A stretch of 64,000 nt of DNA, taken from assembly GCF_006345805.1 (NCBI RefSeq), contig NC_043000.1, positions 23,808,001-23,872,000 of the forward strand. Direction: 5' to 3'. Below are positions 24,930-36,489 of the stretch, piece by piece (positions within the stretch are counted from its first letter, which is position 1; each line of letters begins with the position of its first letter). A program made the translations under genes and the position numbers. This DNA is from Octopus sinensis. Lineage: Eukaryota. The notes under the pieces are model-generated. The model was not told the DNA's origin and made no database searches. It was given only the letters and a program-made list of their open reading frames with translations.

Positions 24930-25225
24930 AAAGAATATGAAGGATTTAGTTCACTGGTGATCTAAATGAATAGGTACACTGTGTACGTGCTATAATTGGC
25001 CACCCGTTAGGTTCCAAGTTCACAGCTGAGGCTGGAGCTAGGGATCCAAGAAGTATTTTGGCAAGTAGAAAGAATGATGAATGAGTACACCATAAAGAGA
25101 CATCTGTACATCATTGGATTATAGAGATAAGCACTTATACAACACGAGTACCACTCTCTGAGTCTCCCTGATTAGTATCTAGTGACAGGTTGAAGTAAGA
25201 TGACCAGTAATCATGTGAAACAGGT
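24468..25225. repeat. Inverted repeat pair (~135 bp arms: 24468-24602 and 25091-25225), probably Penelope-like
   Basis: Arms are imperfect reverse complements (cctgtttcacatgattactg ... cagtaatcatgtgaaacagg) and contain a decayed hammerhead-like AGATGA...GAAACAGGTC. Confidence 0.7.
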
Positions 25226-25249
25226 CTTTACATCCAAGATAAAATCTTT

Positions 25250-25800
25250 TATGGATGTGTTGTGCTTATTAGCAATGGTGGAGGATACTCTGAAAGTATT
25301 GTTTCTAGAATAAGAATAGGGTGGAGGAAGTTCAGAGATCTATTACCTCTGTTGGCAACAAAAGGACTCTCTCTCGCAGAGTGAAAGGTAGACTGTATGA
25401 TGCTTGTGTGCAAATGGCTATACTCCATAGGCTCTGAATCCAAAAGACATGTGTAGACTGGAGAGAAATGAAGGCAGTATGCTCTGTTGGATGTGCAACA
25501 TCAGTGCACATGTATGACAAAGGGCTAATATATTGAGAGAAAAGTTGGGCATAAGAAGATTCAAATGCAGCATGCAAGAGAGAGGACTATGTTGGTTTGG
25601 ACATATGATGCATTTGAATGAGGACAGCTGTATAAAGAAGTACTGATCACTGAAAGTGGATGATAGCCACAGAAGAGGGAGACCAACGAAGACATGGGAT
25701 GAAGTGGTAAGGACTGATCTCAGGATGTTGGGCTTCATGGAGGAAATAACAATGGACCAAGATGTTTGGTGATATGAGGTTCTTGAGAAGACCCACCCAC
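25250..25800 (+). mobile_element. RTE-clade LINE 3' remnant (related pieces at ~2590-2820 + and ~62265-62460 -)
   Basis: Translates as SNGGGYSESIVSRIRIGWRKFRDLLPLL...KGRLYDACV...WFGH...RGRPTKTW, the typical RTE ORF C-terminus, with stops and frameshifts. Confidence 0.82.
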
Positions 25801-27055
25801 ATCAGTGAAACTGAGTTCTAGAAACGCTGTGTGTCCCATCCACACATAACAAGAAAACTTCTCACACACCCTACCACACCAAACCAAACTACATCCCCAT
25901 ATCTCTTCTCTTCCTCACATTTCCACTTCATGCATTATGCTTACCTCCCACTCCCCAATCCAGTCCACTTGGCCCTGTCTCATTGTATCATTGCTATCCG
26001 CTAGCCCCTGACCTATGTTCCACCCACACATAACAAAAAAATTTTTCATGCACTGTTCCCCAACAAACCAATCTATATCTCTTCGTCACATCTCCTCCTT
26101 CATGCACTATGTCTACCTCTCACTCCCCAATCCTGTCCGCACGGGCCCTGTTTCTCTGTATCATTGCTACCCAGTAGCCCCACCCCCACTCTATATACCC
26201 AGATTTTCACCACTCACTTCCCCTCCCCACTCTCTAATCATACTTCTTTGGCAATATCTTGCTACTTATATTATGACCTTCAAATCTCGAGGGTATGCCC
26301 TGGCACTTGCTACCATCTATATCTCTCTCTGGTTTTACTCAACCATATCATTTATATCCTGATCTCTGTCCTTTGTGATTATGCCTGGCACTTTGCCACC
26401 ATCTCTATCCCGATGTCTCTCACTCACTCTCTCTCTCCTTCTCCTGCACTTCCCTCAAATTGGGTAACCATGTATCTCCTTTGTGGCAGTGCACCTGTTT
26501 CTGTCCTCATTCCTTCTCTCTCTCTCACTGGCCAGGTAACCTTGTACCTCTTCTACAGCAAGACACCTGTTTCTGTCTCTCTGTCTCACTATAACCTTTC
26601 ATCATCTGGCACAATATCACCACCTCCAATGCCCCACTCCTCTCTCAAAAGAGCTTTGTCTTGCAGGTTACTTGGTGACACTGTCAGTGCAGGTGCCACT
26701 TAAAAAGTATCCAGTCCACACTGTAAAGTGGTTGGCATTTGGAAGGGCATCCAACTGTAAAAATCTTGCCTGTGCTTGTGCCACATAAAAAGCATTAAGT
26801 CCACTCTGTTGGGTGGTTGATGTTAGGAAGAGCATCCAGTTGAAAAAATCCTGCCAAAACAATCGCAAAAGTCTTCTGCAGGTTTATGCCTGACTGGCTG
26901 CTGTCAAACTGTTCCATCCATGCCAGCAAGGAAGGCAGACATTAAACGATGATGATAATACATATACATACATACATATATATATATAGGAATACAAAAA
27001 ATGGGACAAGAACGCAAAACATCCAGACAGCTATATATATCTATATATATATATA

Positions 27056-27111
27056 CTTTATTTAAAGCAGCAGAAAATTTGAATTTGAATTTTCTGCTGC
27101 TTTAAATAAAG
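27056..27111. repeat. Perfect 24-bp inverted repeat with 8-nt loop
   Basis: CTTTATTTAAAGCAGCAGAAAATT-tgaatttg-AATTTTCTGCTGCTTTAAATAAAG. Confidence 0.95.
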
Positions 27112-27180
27112 CATATTACTCTACCACTGGTATTTGAGTACTCTTTTTTCCACCTTGTTTCACATTTATGTGTTTACTCC

Positions 27181-27248
<68 letters not shown>

Positions 27249-27250
<2 letters not shown>

Positions 27251-27692
27251 CCGAAACATGTAAAATTAAAATTTATCTAATATAGAACCGAAACATGTAA
27301 AATTAAAATTTATCTAATATAGAACCAAAACATGTAAAATTAAAATTTATCTAATATAGAACCGAAACATGTAAAATTAAAATTTATCTAATATAGAACC
27401 GAAACATGTAAAATTAAAATTTATCTAATATAGAACCAAAACATGTAAAATTAAAATTTATCTAATATAGAACCGAAACATGTAAAATTAAAATTTATCT
27501 AATATAGAACCGAAACATGTAAAATTAAAATTTATCTAATATAGAACCGAAACATGTAAAATTAAAATTTATCTAATATAGAACCGAAACATGTAAAATT
27601 AAAATTTATCTAATATAGAACCGAAACATGTAAAATTAAAATTTATCTAATATAGAACCGAAACATGTAAAATTAAAATTTATCTAATATAG
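27249..27692. repeat. 37-bp minisatellite, 12 copies
   Basis: Unit AACCGAAACATGTAAAATTAAAATTTATCTAATATAG, head-to-tail without spacers (444 bp = 12 x 37); G>A variant in copies 3 and 6. Confidence 0.97.
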
Positions 27693-27752
27693 TGGCATTT
27701 TCAAACTTCTTTTTTACAAATATATACCCACTCGTATACGATCTACTCTTAT

Positions 27753-27808
<56 letters not shown>

Positions 27809-27914
27809 CAAATAAGTAAATGAAGAAACACATTAGTTGGTTTATCAGCTTTAGGATATTAGAATGTTGTCTTATTTAATTATCAAAACTACAACCATAA
27901 TAACACACACACAC

Positions 27915-27947
<33 letters not shown>

Positions 27948-28548
27948 CAGTATAAAATTCAATACATTTGAGATAAGAATACAAGTAGTTATTAAAAAAA
28001 CATTAATATAAATTATATATATATGTATCAAAGGGAGGTGAAAAACTATCCTAGCAACAGCTAGAAAAATGATGATATATGTACATATGCATACATATAT
28101 GCATGCATGTGTATATAAGCATATGCATGTAAATGCACATTTATATGGTCTGTCAGTCTTTGAGCAAAATCACTTAACATTAGCTAAGTGTCAAAACCTG
28201 TTTGGCTTGATAACCTTGTAGCTAATTTTCCCACCTATTATCTTTATATATTTCTCATTACTCTGATCCATTTAGCAACATTTCCCACACACTTGCTTCT
28301 GTACGTTAAAGACCTTGCTACCACGCCTCTGCAAAAGACACTTCTATCCATATCTTAACACTTTACTCCTTAATATTTCTTATCCTAAACACTTCACCTT
28401 GAACACACTGAATCCACAAATAAGGACTTGACAGACAAACTCATCTCATTCAACAATATAAAGACTAAATCACATCACATATTATCAAGGGAACAGCAAT
28501 TAAGATGCTACTAATACAATCTCTAATGATACTTCTGGGCTATTCTAC

Positions 28549-29722
28549 TCGGTCGTCGAGAGCTGTGGCGCAAGGGTCGTACACGGTCGATCGTTTCGCC
28601 CGGCTAGGTTCGGAGTCCCCTCGATCGGGGCTGCCCAGAGCGGGTGCCAGGCCCATTCGGAGCCGGCGGCGATCGGCGGTGTTCATCGGCGGTGTTCATC
28701 GGCCCGAGAGTCGGGTTGCTTGGGAACGCAGCCCAAAGCGGGTGGTAAGCTCCATCCAAGGCTAAATACGGGGACGAGTCCGATAGCCGACAAGTACCGC
28801 GAGGGAAAGTTGAAAAGAACTTTGGAGAGAGAGTTCAAGAGACCCTGAAACCGCCCAGAGGTAAACGGGTAGGACCGCTCACCGCGATCGCGAGGGGACT
28901 CAGTCCGCTGCTTCACGCCGAGGCGCCGTCGTCGTCGACGTTCGATTCCAGGGGCGCCGGCATCGGATGCACTTCCCCTCCGATCCGTCGTCGCGACCCG
29001 TTTCCCGTCGGGCCGGTAGGCGCGCGGCGTCCGCAGGTCGCAGACGAGAGCCCCGTCGCTGCCGCGCAAGCAGCGGTCGGTGGGATCCACGCGCTCTTCT
29101 CGACCGGGCCCGTCGCTCCACATAAAGCGCAGGCACGGCTAACCGACGGAGACGGGCAAACGCACCTCGCCCTTAGCACGAACGACGCAGCAAGTCGCGC
29201 GCGGCCTCTTTCCGGAGGTCGCGAGCGACGCGGCCGCCCGCGCGCCGCGACTGCGCGGAAACCCTCGCAAGGGGGCGACGCGCGTTGCGGTCGCGGGACA
29301 CCTTCCGCCCGAAAAGCCGCCCGCTGCCGCCGGTCAGCGACGAGCATCGGCAACCTACCCGACCCGTCTTGAAACACGGACCGAGGAGTCCCAGTCAACT
29401 GCGAGTCGTTGGAGCCTTTCACTTCGCGAACTCCGACGGCACAGCGAAAGCGAGAACGTGACACGACGTCGCCGTCTCGCTTCTGCGGGACGGCGCTTCG
29501 AAGCATCGTTCCCGGGTTGGGTCCGCGCGTTCGCCGCGACGTTCGCGTCCTCCGGCGTACCCGCTCCGACTCAGGTGTAGCAGGCGGCCGGGGACCCGAA
29601 AGATGGCGATCCACGCCCGGTCGGGACGAAGCCAGAGGAAACTCTGGTGGAAGTCCGAAGCGCCTCTGACGTGCAAATCGATCGTCGGAACCGGGTGTAG
29701 GGGCGAAAGACCAATCGAGCCG

Positions 29723-29765
<43 letters not shown>

Positions 29766-30833
29766 CGCCAGCGGGAGAACGACACACAATTCCGTCCGGT
29801 AAAGCGAACGACTGGAGGCCCCGATCTACTCTCGAACTCGGAACGGGCGAAACGGGCCGCTCCTCTCCCGATCGGAGGCGGCCGCCGTTATGCGACGACG
29901 AATGCACGGTGCCAAGTGGGCCACTTTTGGTAAGCAGAACTGGTGATGTGGGATGAACCGAACGTCCGGCTAAGGTGCCCTACGCTTCGCCCATTAGATC
30001 CCCGAAAGGGTGTCGGTCGATATAGACAGCAGGACGGTGGCCACGGAAGTCGGAATCCGCTCAGGAGTGTGTAACAACTTACCTGCCGAATCGACCGGCC
30101 CCGAAAATGGATGGCGCTGGAGCGAGCGACCGATGCCGGACCGGCCGGGCGACAGGTTGCGCGATCGCCGGCGAGGCGACTTTCCGATGCCCGGTCGAGT
30201 AGGAGGGCGCCGCGGCGTGCATGGAAGCCGCGGGCGCGAGCCCGGGTGAAGCCGACCGCGGGTGCAGATCTCGGTGGTAGTAGCAAATATTCGAACGAGA
30301 CCTTCGAAGACCGAAGTGGAGAAGGGTTCCGTGCCAACGGCGGTCGGGCACGGGTCAGTCGGTCCTAAGAAGCGGGCGAAAGCTTCCACGAAAGGCGCCG
30401 GATCCGTCGTTTAGAAAGAAAAGAACTGCTCTCGCGCGGTTCGATATCAGGTTACGCGGCCGGCCTCGCATCGAAAGGGAATCGGGTTAATATTCCCGAA
30501 CCCGAACTCGGAGAGTGCCCGTCCGTCGGCGGGAACGCGGCGTGCTCTTCCTAGCAGCGCGTCCGTCGTCGAAGCTGGCGGCCGGGCGAAGCAGCGGCAA
30601 CGCAAGCGAGCCCGGAGACGTTGCCGGGAGCCCCGGGAAGAGTTCTCTCTTCTTCGTAAAGGACCGCGTCCGTGGAATCGGCTCGTCCGGAGATACGGAT
30701 ATGGTACCTGTAGAGCGCCGCGTCTCGGGCGGCGTCCGGTGCGCTCTCGGCGGCCCTGGAAAATCCGGGTCCGTAACGAATCGCAGCTCTCGAGTCGGTC
30801 CGTACCCACCATCCGCAGCAGGTCTCCAAGGTG
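28549..30833 (+). rRNA. 28S rRNA: Dispersed, truncated 28S (LSU) rRNA fragment, probably a pseudogene
   Basis: Conserved LSU core motifs in order: GAGTCGGGTTGCTTGGGA, CAAGTACCGCGAGGGAAAGTTGAAAAGAACTTTG, GACCCGTCTTGAAACACGGAC, GGTTCCCTCCGAAGTTTCCCTCAGGATAGCTGG, TTTTGGTAAGCAGAACTGG, GATCTCGGTGGTAGTAGCAAATATTC, CGAAAGGGAATCGGGTTAATATTCC, CCGCAGCAGGTCTCCAAGGTG. GC-rich expansion segments. No 18S, 5.8S or 3' half; ends against a SINE tail. Confidence 0.95.
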
Positions 30834-31206
30834 TTGGTACTCCGTCAGTTACGACGACGAAGGTTCCAGTTGATCCGATCAACGGAACGAGAAATTAACG
30901 TGCAAGTAGCTGAGCATTCCACAGACACGCGTACCCTTAACGTAGTTCTCGGGGAGATTCAGCGTGACACAGAGTGTGACAAGGCTGGCCCTTTCAAATA
31001 CAGGTACAGCAGAAACTGAAAGAAAGAGTGAGAGAAAGTTGTGGTGAAAGAGTACAGCAGGGTTCGCCACCACATCCTGCCGGAGCTTCGTGGAGCTTTA
31101 GGTGCTTTCGCTCAATAAACACTCACAACGCCCAGTCTAGGAATCGAAACCGCGATCCTACAACCGTGAGTCCGCTGCCCTTACCACTGGGCCATTGCGC
31201 CTCCAC
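30834..31206 (-). mobile_element. tRNA-derived SINE abutting the 28S fragment
   Basis: Minus-strand head GTGGAGGCGCAATGGCCCAGTGGTAAGGGCAGCGGACTC...GGTTTCGATTCC. Related copies at 12112-12482 (+), 43520-43826 (-), 50875-51180 (+), 51293-51545 (+), 52310-52560 (-). Confidence 0.85.
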
Positions 31207-31959
31207 TATATAACATTGACAACAAAACCAGATCAGAAAGTTTAGAATTCTTCCTCTTTAAGAGTTAAGAAATAATTAAGAAATAATCTATGTTAATACT
31301 CTGTTTTTCTCCGTCACATATGAATGAGAAAGGAAGGGGTGATCGCAAACTTGGTAGTGGGAGGGTTTCAACTCTGTGTGAGTATGTGTGCGCGTATGTA
31401 AAAGAGAGGTGTGTGCGCAATGGAAGAGCGATGATCATTCAATGCTGAAAAGAAAAATCATTGTTTCAACTCTGTGTGGGTAAATGTGTGTGTGTGTGTG
31501 TTTGTATGTGTGAACTAACGTTCTTTCAGTAACAAACGATGGTCAATGTCACATCTCCACTAGATAACATTGACAAGTGTATTAATTTGATTTACAATCC
31601 ATATATAATTATTGGCGAGCTGGCACAAACGTTAGCACGCCGGGCGAAATACTCAGTACTTTCGTCTGTCGCTACGTTCTGAGTTCAAATTCCGCCGAGG
31701 TCAACTTTGCCTTTCATCCTTTCGGGGTCGATAAATTAAGTACTAGTTACGCACTGGGGTCGATATAATCGACGTAATACCTATGTTTGTCCCTTCTGTG
31801 TTTAGCTCCTTGTGTGTAGTAAAGAAATATATGGTAAATATTACAATTAGCCGTCATTTTTGACAGCACAGGCCCAGCTAATAAATTGATAAGACCCAAT
31901 TTTGTTATCATATTTCTGTTGAAATACAATGTCTTTCTTACAGTTAATTTAGAAAATAA

Positions 31960-32357
31960 CTAGCAGCATAGCCCGGCGTTGCCCGGGTATGTAAGAGCCC
32001 CTAGTAGGCAACGACTAATCCCAATCTAGTTCTTTCCCTCTAGGGAACGAAGGCGCATGTGTAGATTGCTATGTCTTCTCTTCACTCGAATACTTCTATG
32101 TATACGATGTTCCTAGCTGTCTCCCGACAGAAAACGTGTTGCATAAAAAAAGCTTAGATTCTCGACCCCATGTCGAATTTATCGACTTTTTTCAGAACTG
32201 GGGGAACTTTTCAAAATTTTCGCTGCGTTAGTTTTGAATTATGACATTGGGCTTTGTGTGTGTGTCAAGTTTCATCAGAATTGGTTGAAAGCCGTGGTCA
32301 GGGTGAGGGTACAACCTGACAGCCACACAGACAAACTGCCGTTTATATATAGAGAGA
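31960..32357 (-). mobile_element. Non-autonomous Helitron-like element
   Basis: Minus strand A|TCTCTCTATAT ... CCCGGGCAACGCCGGG hairpin ... CTAG|T. Confidence 0.75.
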
Positions 32358-35300
32358 TGAGGAATTTAGTAAAATAGCTGGTGTTTGGAAAAAAAATTAA
32401 CTTGAAATTTTGATAGAAAATTTTAATAAAGATTACTTTAAAACAGAAAGTTTATATCATAGAACCAGGCTGGTTTCAAAAGGGTTAATGTGGATCTTAA
32501 ACCAATTTTCTAACCTGAATCCTAAAGAGAAATAAATGATTGATTTACAAGCATTTACTGGTTAATACCATGGTTTATCTACTGATTCACAATCATGCTG
32601 TTTGGATCTAGAATGGTTTGCAAAAAAAAATTAAAATAATAAGAAGAAAAGGGCTGCAGATGGCTGGAAGTCTATAGAGAGGGTGGGTGGGTAGGTAGAT
32701 AAATAGATTAGATAGAGAGATACGTAGACATATGGATAAAGAGACACAGAAATATAGATCGTCGGACAGATGAATAGATAGCAAAACAGGATAGATATGG
32801 ACAGACAAGATGCCAGTCGAGTAGACAGAGATACAAATAGTGATAAAAAGTGTAATTTGAGAGAGGGAGAAAGAGAGAGAGAGAACGAAAAAGCAACAGG
32901 CAGACAGAAGGGATGAGAATGTATCAGTGATAGTAAACATAACATTTTACGGAGTCACCAGTTCACGGACATTAAACAAGGGGATTATCTGCAAACCTAA
33001 AATTTGTTTTCATAGCGTGTGTATTTTGTTATTTGTATTGGAAATTCTTTCTGAAAGTAGCAAGTAAACTGACACGCTAAAAATACCTTTGGGGACCGAA
33101 AATATTTACATGAAACATACCGGTTCATTTATATACTGGCCTTGTAAACCAGGGGCCATGACCGGTTCATTTATATACTGGCCTTGTAAACCAGGGGTTC
33201 GATCCTCACAGAGGGTTTCCGTTAAAAATAGGGGCTTTCTTTCGATACAACTCGACAAAATCAAAACATTTCACTTCGGGCATTTCCGTGGAAGCAAACG
33301 ACAGTTCGATTCTGTTTTCTGCTTGGAAATTTGCGGATTTTACATCCACACATGAAACAGGTAAAAACAAATATGCAAGGCTTTTTTTTTTCTTCAAGTT
33401 TAAAATGAAACACTGCTGGCATAATTTCGTTATATCTATACTCCACAACCCACGGAAAATACCCGAAGTGAAATGATTTGATTTTGTCGAGTTATATCGA
33501 AGGGATACCAAAATAAGTGCAGGCGTGGTTATGTGGTTGAGAAGTTTGCTTCCCAACGACATGGCCCTGGGTTCAGTCCTACCGCTTGATAATTGGCATT
33601 GGTTTGTTTACGTCCCCGTAATTTAGCGGTTCGACAAAAGAAGCCAATAGATTAAGTGCCAGGTTTAATAAAAGAAGCACTAGAAGGGGGCGATCGCTTC
33701 GACTAAATCCTCCAAGATGATACCCCAGCACGGTCGCAGTACATTAGTGAAGCAAGTAAAAGACAAACGATACACGCCCAGAGATGTGCGCGCACATATA
33801 TATGTGTATATATGACAGCATGAGCGCACGCTCACACATACATATAAAATACAATATGCGTGTATGCATCCTTGGTAACTTGCGTTTATTCTTTGAACAA
33901 GAGAAATAATCACAGAATGCTAAAATACGGAGATTAACAGCACCATTAGGGATTAACTAATGCTTACGGTACCACCAAATGTGTCGGCCCTGAATACCGA
34001 GATATATGGAATCATAACCGTATGGAATCTAGATGTCAAATTACGTACGATTAGGGACTTTTTTGGTAGTTTAAAAGAACTAGGAGGAATTTAGGAATAA
34101 TTGTCTCTTGGTGTCCACTCACACCTTATGGGAATAGAAGAGGCGGGCAAAAATGTAAAGAAAAGAAATTTAGGGGAAAAGATATTTTATCGATCTTTGG
34201 ATTTAGGTACATATAACAGAGGGATTTATAATAAAATCATAACGAAGTTGCATATTTATATATTTGAAAACAAAGATGGCATCCCCACTCCAAGAAAAAC
34301 GATGAAAGGAAAAAAAAGCTACTCTTTCCCTCTTCAATGAAGTATGGGATTTCGAAGTACAGCAATCCCCAAACTCCGTCAAACATTGGACTAATAGACT
34401 TATTACACCTTCTTTCATATAAACAAACACATGCACACTGTATTTTGGAACCTTGAATCAGTGGATCGCACATATTCGTCCAACACGTGAGTTGGAGGTA
34501 TTCAACAAGTCTAGGAAAGCGGAGGGAGGGCGGTCGAGCTGTTAGAAACAGCAGCCAAATCGATCTCATAAGAAATCTGCTGCCGTCTTAAGAAAAACAA
34601 AGGAAGGACACATAATATAATGTAATCCCGTAAACTCTTAAAATGATGTATAGTCACTGTCAGAATGTTTGATCACCGCTAACTTAGGGTTAAACAATTA
34701 TAATAAACTATGACCATAACATCATATCTAATTTGGATCTAAACAACACACACACAAGTGTGTGTGTGTGTGTATCTTTCCGTAATGGAAAATATATAAC
34801 ACATACACACGCTACAAGGTATTAATAAACTTCATTATCGTCCATCTCTTCTTGCGTAAACAGAGATTCAAATACATATTTTGTAAATTTCAAGATTCGT
34901 AATGCCGTTAGAGTAAGATCGTTTCCTTAACCATTGTTATCAATATGACTGTTTTATCGTTTAAATGAAACAATTAAATCATAAAATGGCAAATGTTTTG
35001 AAAGTTGATAACTAGGGGGGAAATATATATAAACGGCTTTTAGATAAACAAGGATAACCACTAATAAATCTATTCGGGCGAAAGAAAAAAACTCAACTAT
35101 ATTTAATAAACGAACGAGTTAGACTAGATTCACGATTTCTGAATATAATAGAGGTTTATATAAACCAAAACAATTACTAAAACAAGTAAATCTCAGTGTA
35201 ACAAAACATATGTAAGGAAGTGTAAGTTTTAAAAAATAATTTTCTAATTAAAACATAGAGGTTTGTAAATAATATTTTGGACAACGACATTTAAATTCTT

Positions 35301-35899
35301 CAAAACGTAAGTATTTTATAAACATATATATATATATTAGAAAGAAAACGGATAATTAGTATAAAAGAAATAATATGACTTACGGTAATACGCTGATTTA
35401 GATTACTACCTTGACAGGTTCCCCTGATCATCTGTCATGCAACGTGAGGGTGAAAAATAACAACAATAAATTCAAGGGAGATAACTTCATTATATTACTT
35501 AGTATGTCACTGCCCTTTGCATATTTCGGTTCGCTTTGATTTAATTGTAATTTTTTTTTATTTTTATTATTTTATTTTACTGAATTTTTATTTATTTTCT
35601 TTCCTTTGTGTATATTTCTTATCTAATTGCTTTTATTTATGTTGTTTATCTGTTCTATTTATTGTATTTATTTTATTTTTATTGTATTTAAATTTAAATT
35701 TTATTTTATTTTATTTTATTGAGTTTCTTTATATATTTTATTTTTACTTATTTCATACATTTTACTATTGCATTTTTGTTAGTTTTTTATTTATATTTAT
35801 ATCTTTCATTTATTTTATGTTAGTTTCTTTTTATATTTCAACTTATCTATTTATTTATATGTAAAATGTTTTGCTGCGAATATTGGAAACCATTACACT

Positions 35900-36126
35900 G
35901 TGATTACATAGATGCCAACAGGCAATTATGTAATACATACTAGTAATAATACAAGTGTAAATATTAAAAAAAAAAAACATTGCAAATAGATTTTGAGTTT
36001 GATAGAAATGCTTCAGTGAATGCTTCAGTGAACAACCAAATTTTCATCTGCCAAGCAACGTGATAGGGTTAATGGGAACGTGATAGCAGCATCAGAAACG
36101 TGATAGAGTTGATCGTAACGTGCTGG
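35900..36126. promoter_or_regulatory. Candidate circadian enhancer: D-box plus four phased E'-boxes
   Basis: ATTATGTAAT (35925-35934) fits RTTAYGTAAY; AACGTG (=CACGTT) at 36057, 36077, 36097 and 36117. Confidence 0.5.
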
Positions 36127-36489
36127 AACAATATCTTCAAAGAATGTAACAGCTTCCTATTTGTTACTGAGGACATCATTGAAACCTGGGATTTTCAAGG
36201 AGAGGGAAATTAATTTAGGATACGGGGCGTGGGATTTTCAAAAACGAAAATGTAGTGGGGGTGGGAACGAGAAAGGTAGTTATCCTTGGATTCAGGTGTG
36301 CAGGAGTACAAAACTTCCTGTTGCTTACAATAAGATAATAGACTTATTGTATAAGATGAGAGCGCCAAAAATGTCATTCCCTGCTCGTGTAAAGGTAATA
36401 TTTGATAAAGAATAAATATATCGCACTATATTGAATTCAACAACCATAAGATTCGATTTATGGGAGTTAAAAATTGAAATATAGATATT

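Noticed and set aside
26015-26703. 115-aa and 179-aa ORFs
   Set aside because: Pyrimidine-rich repeat-derived sequence after an RTE remnant, with an internal duplication and no recognisable domain.
27249-27692. CRISPR array (37-bp repeats)
   Set aside because: Units are contiguous with no spacers, there are no cas genes, and the context is eukaryotic; it is a minisatellite.
30825-30845. R2-type site-specific insertion at the 28S 3' junction
   Set aside because: The break at CAAGGTG is not the R2 target (TTAAGG/TAGCCA) and the adjoining sequence is a common SINE.
28505-30898. Cluster of Arg/Ala/Pro-rich ORFs up to 233 aa
   Set aside because: Spurious translations of GC-rich 28S rDNA on both strands.
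33119-33197. 37-bp direct duplication as a regulatory repeat
   Set aside because: Only two copies with no recognisable motif; an ordinary local duplication.
35517-35864. 115-aa Phe/Tyr/Ile-rich membrane-like ORF
   Set aside because: Translation of T-rich low-complexity DNA.
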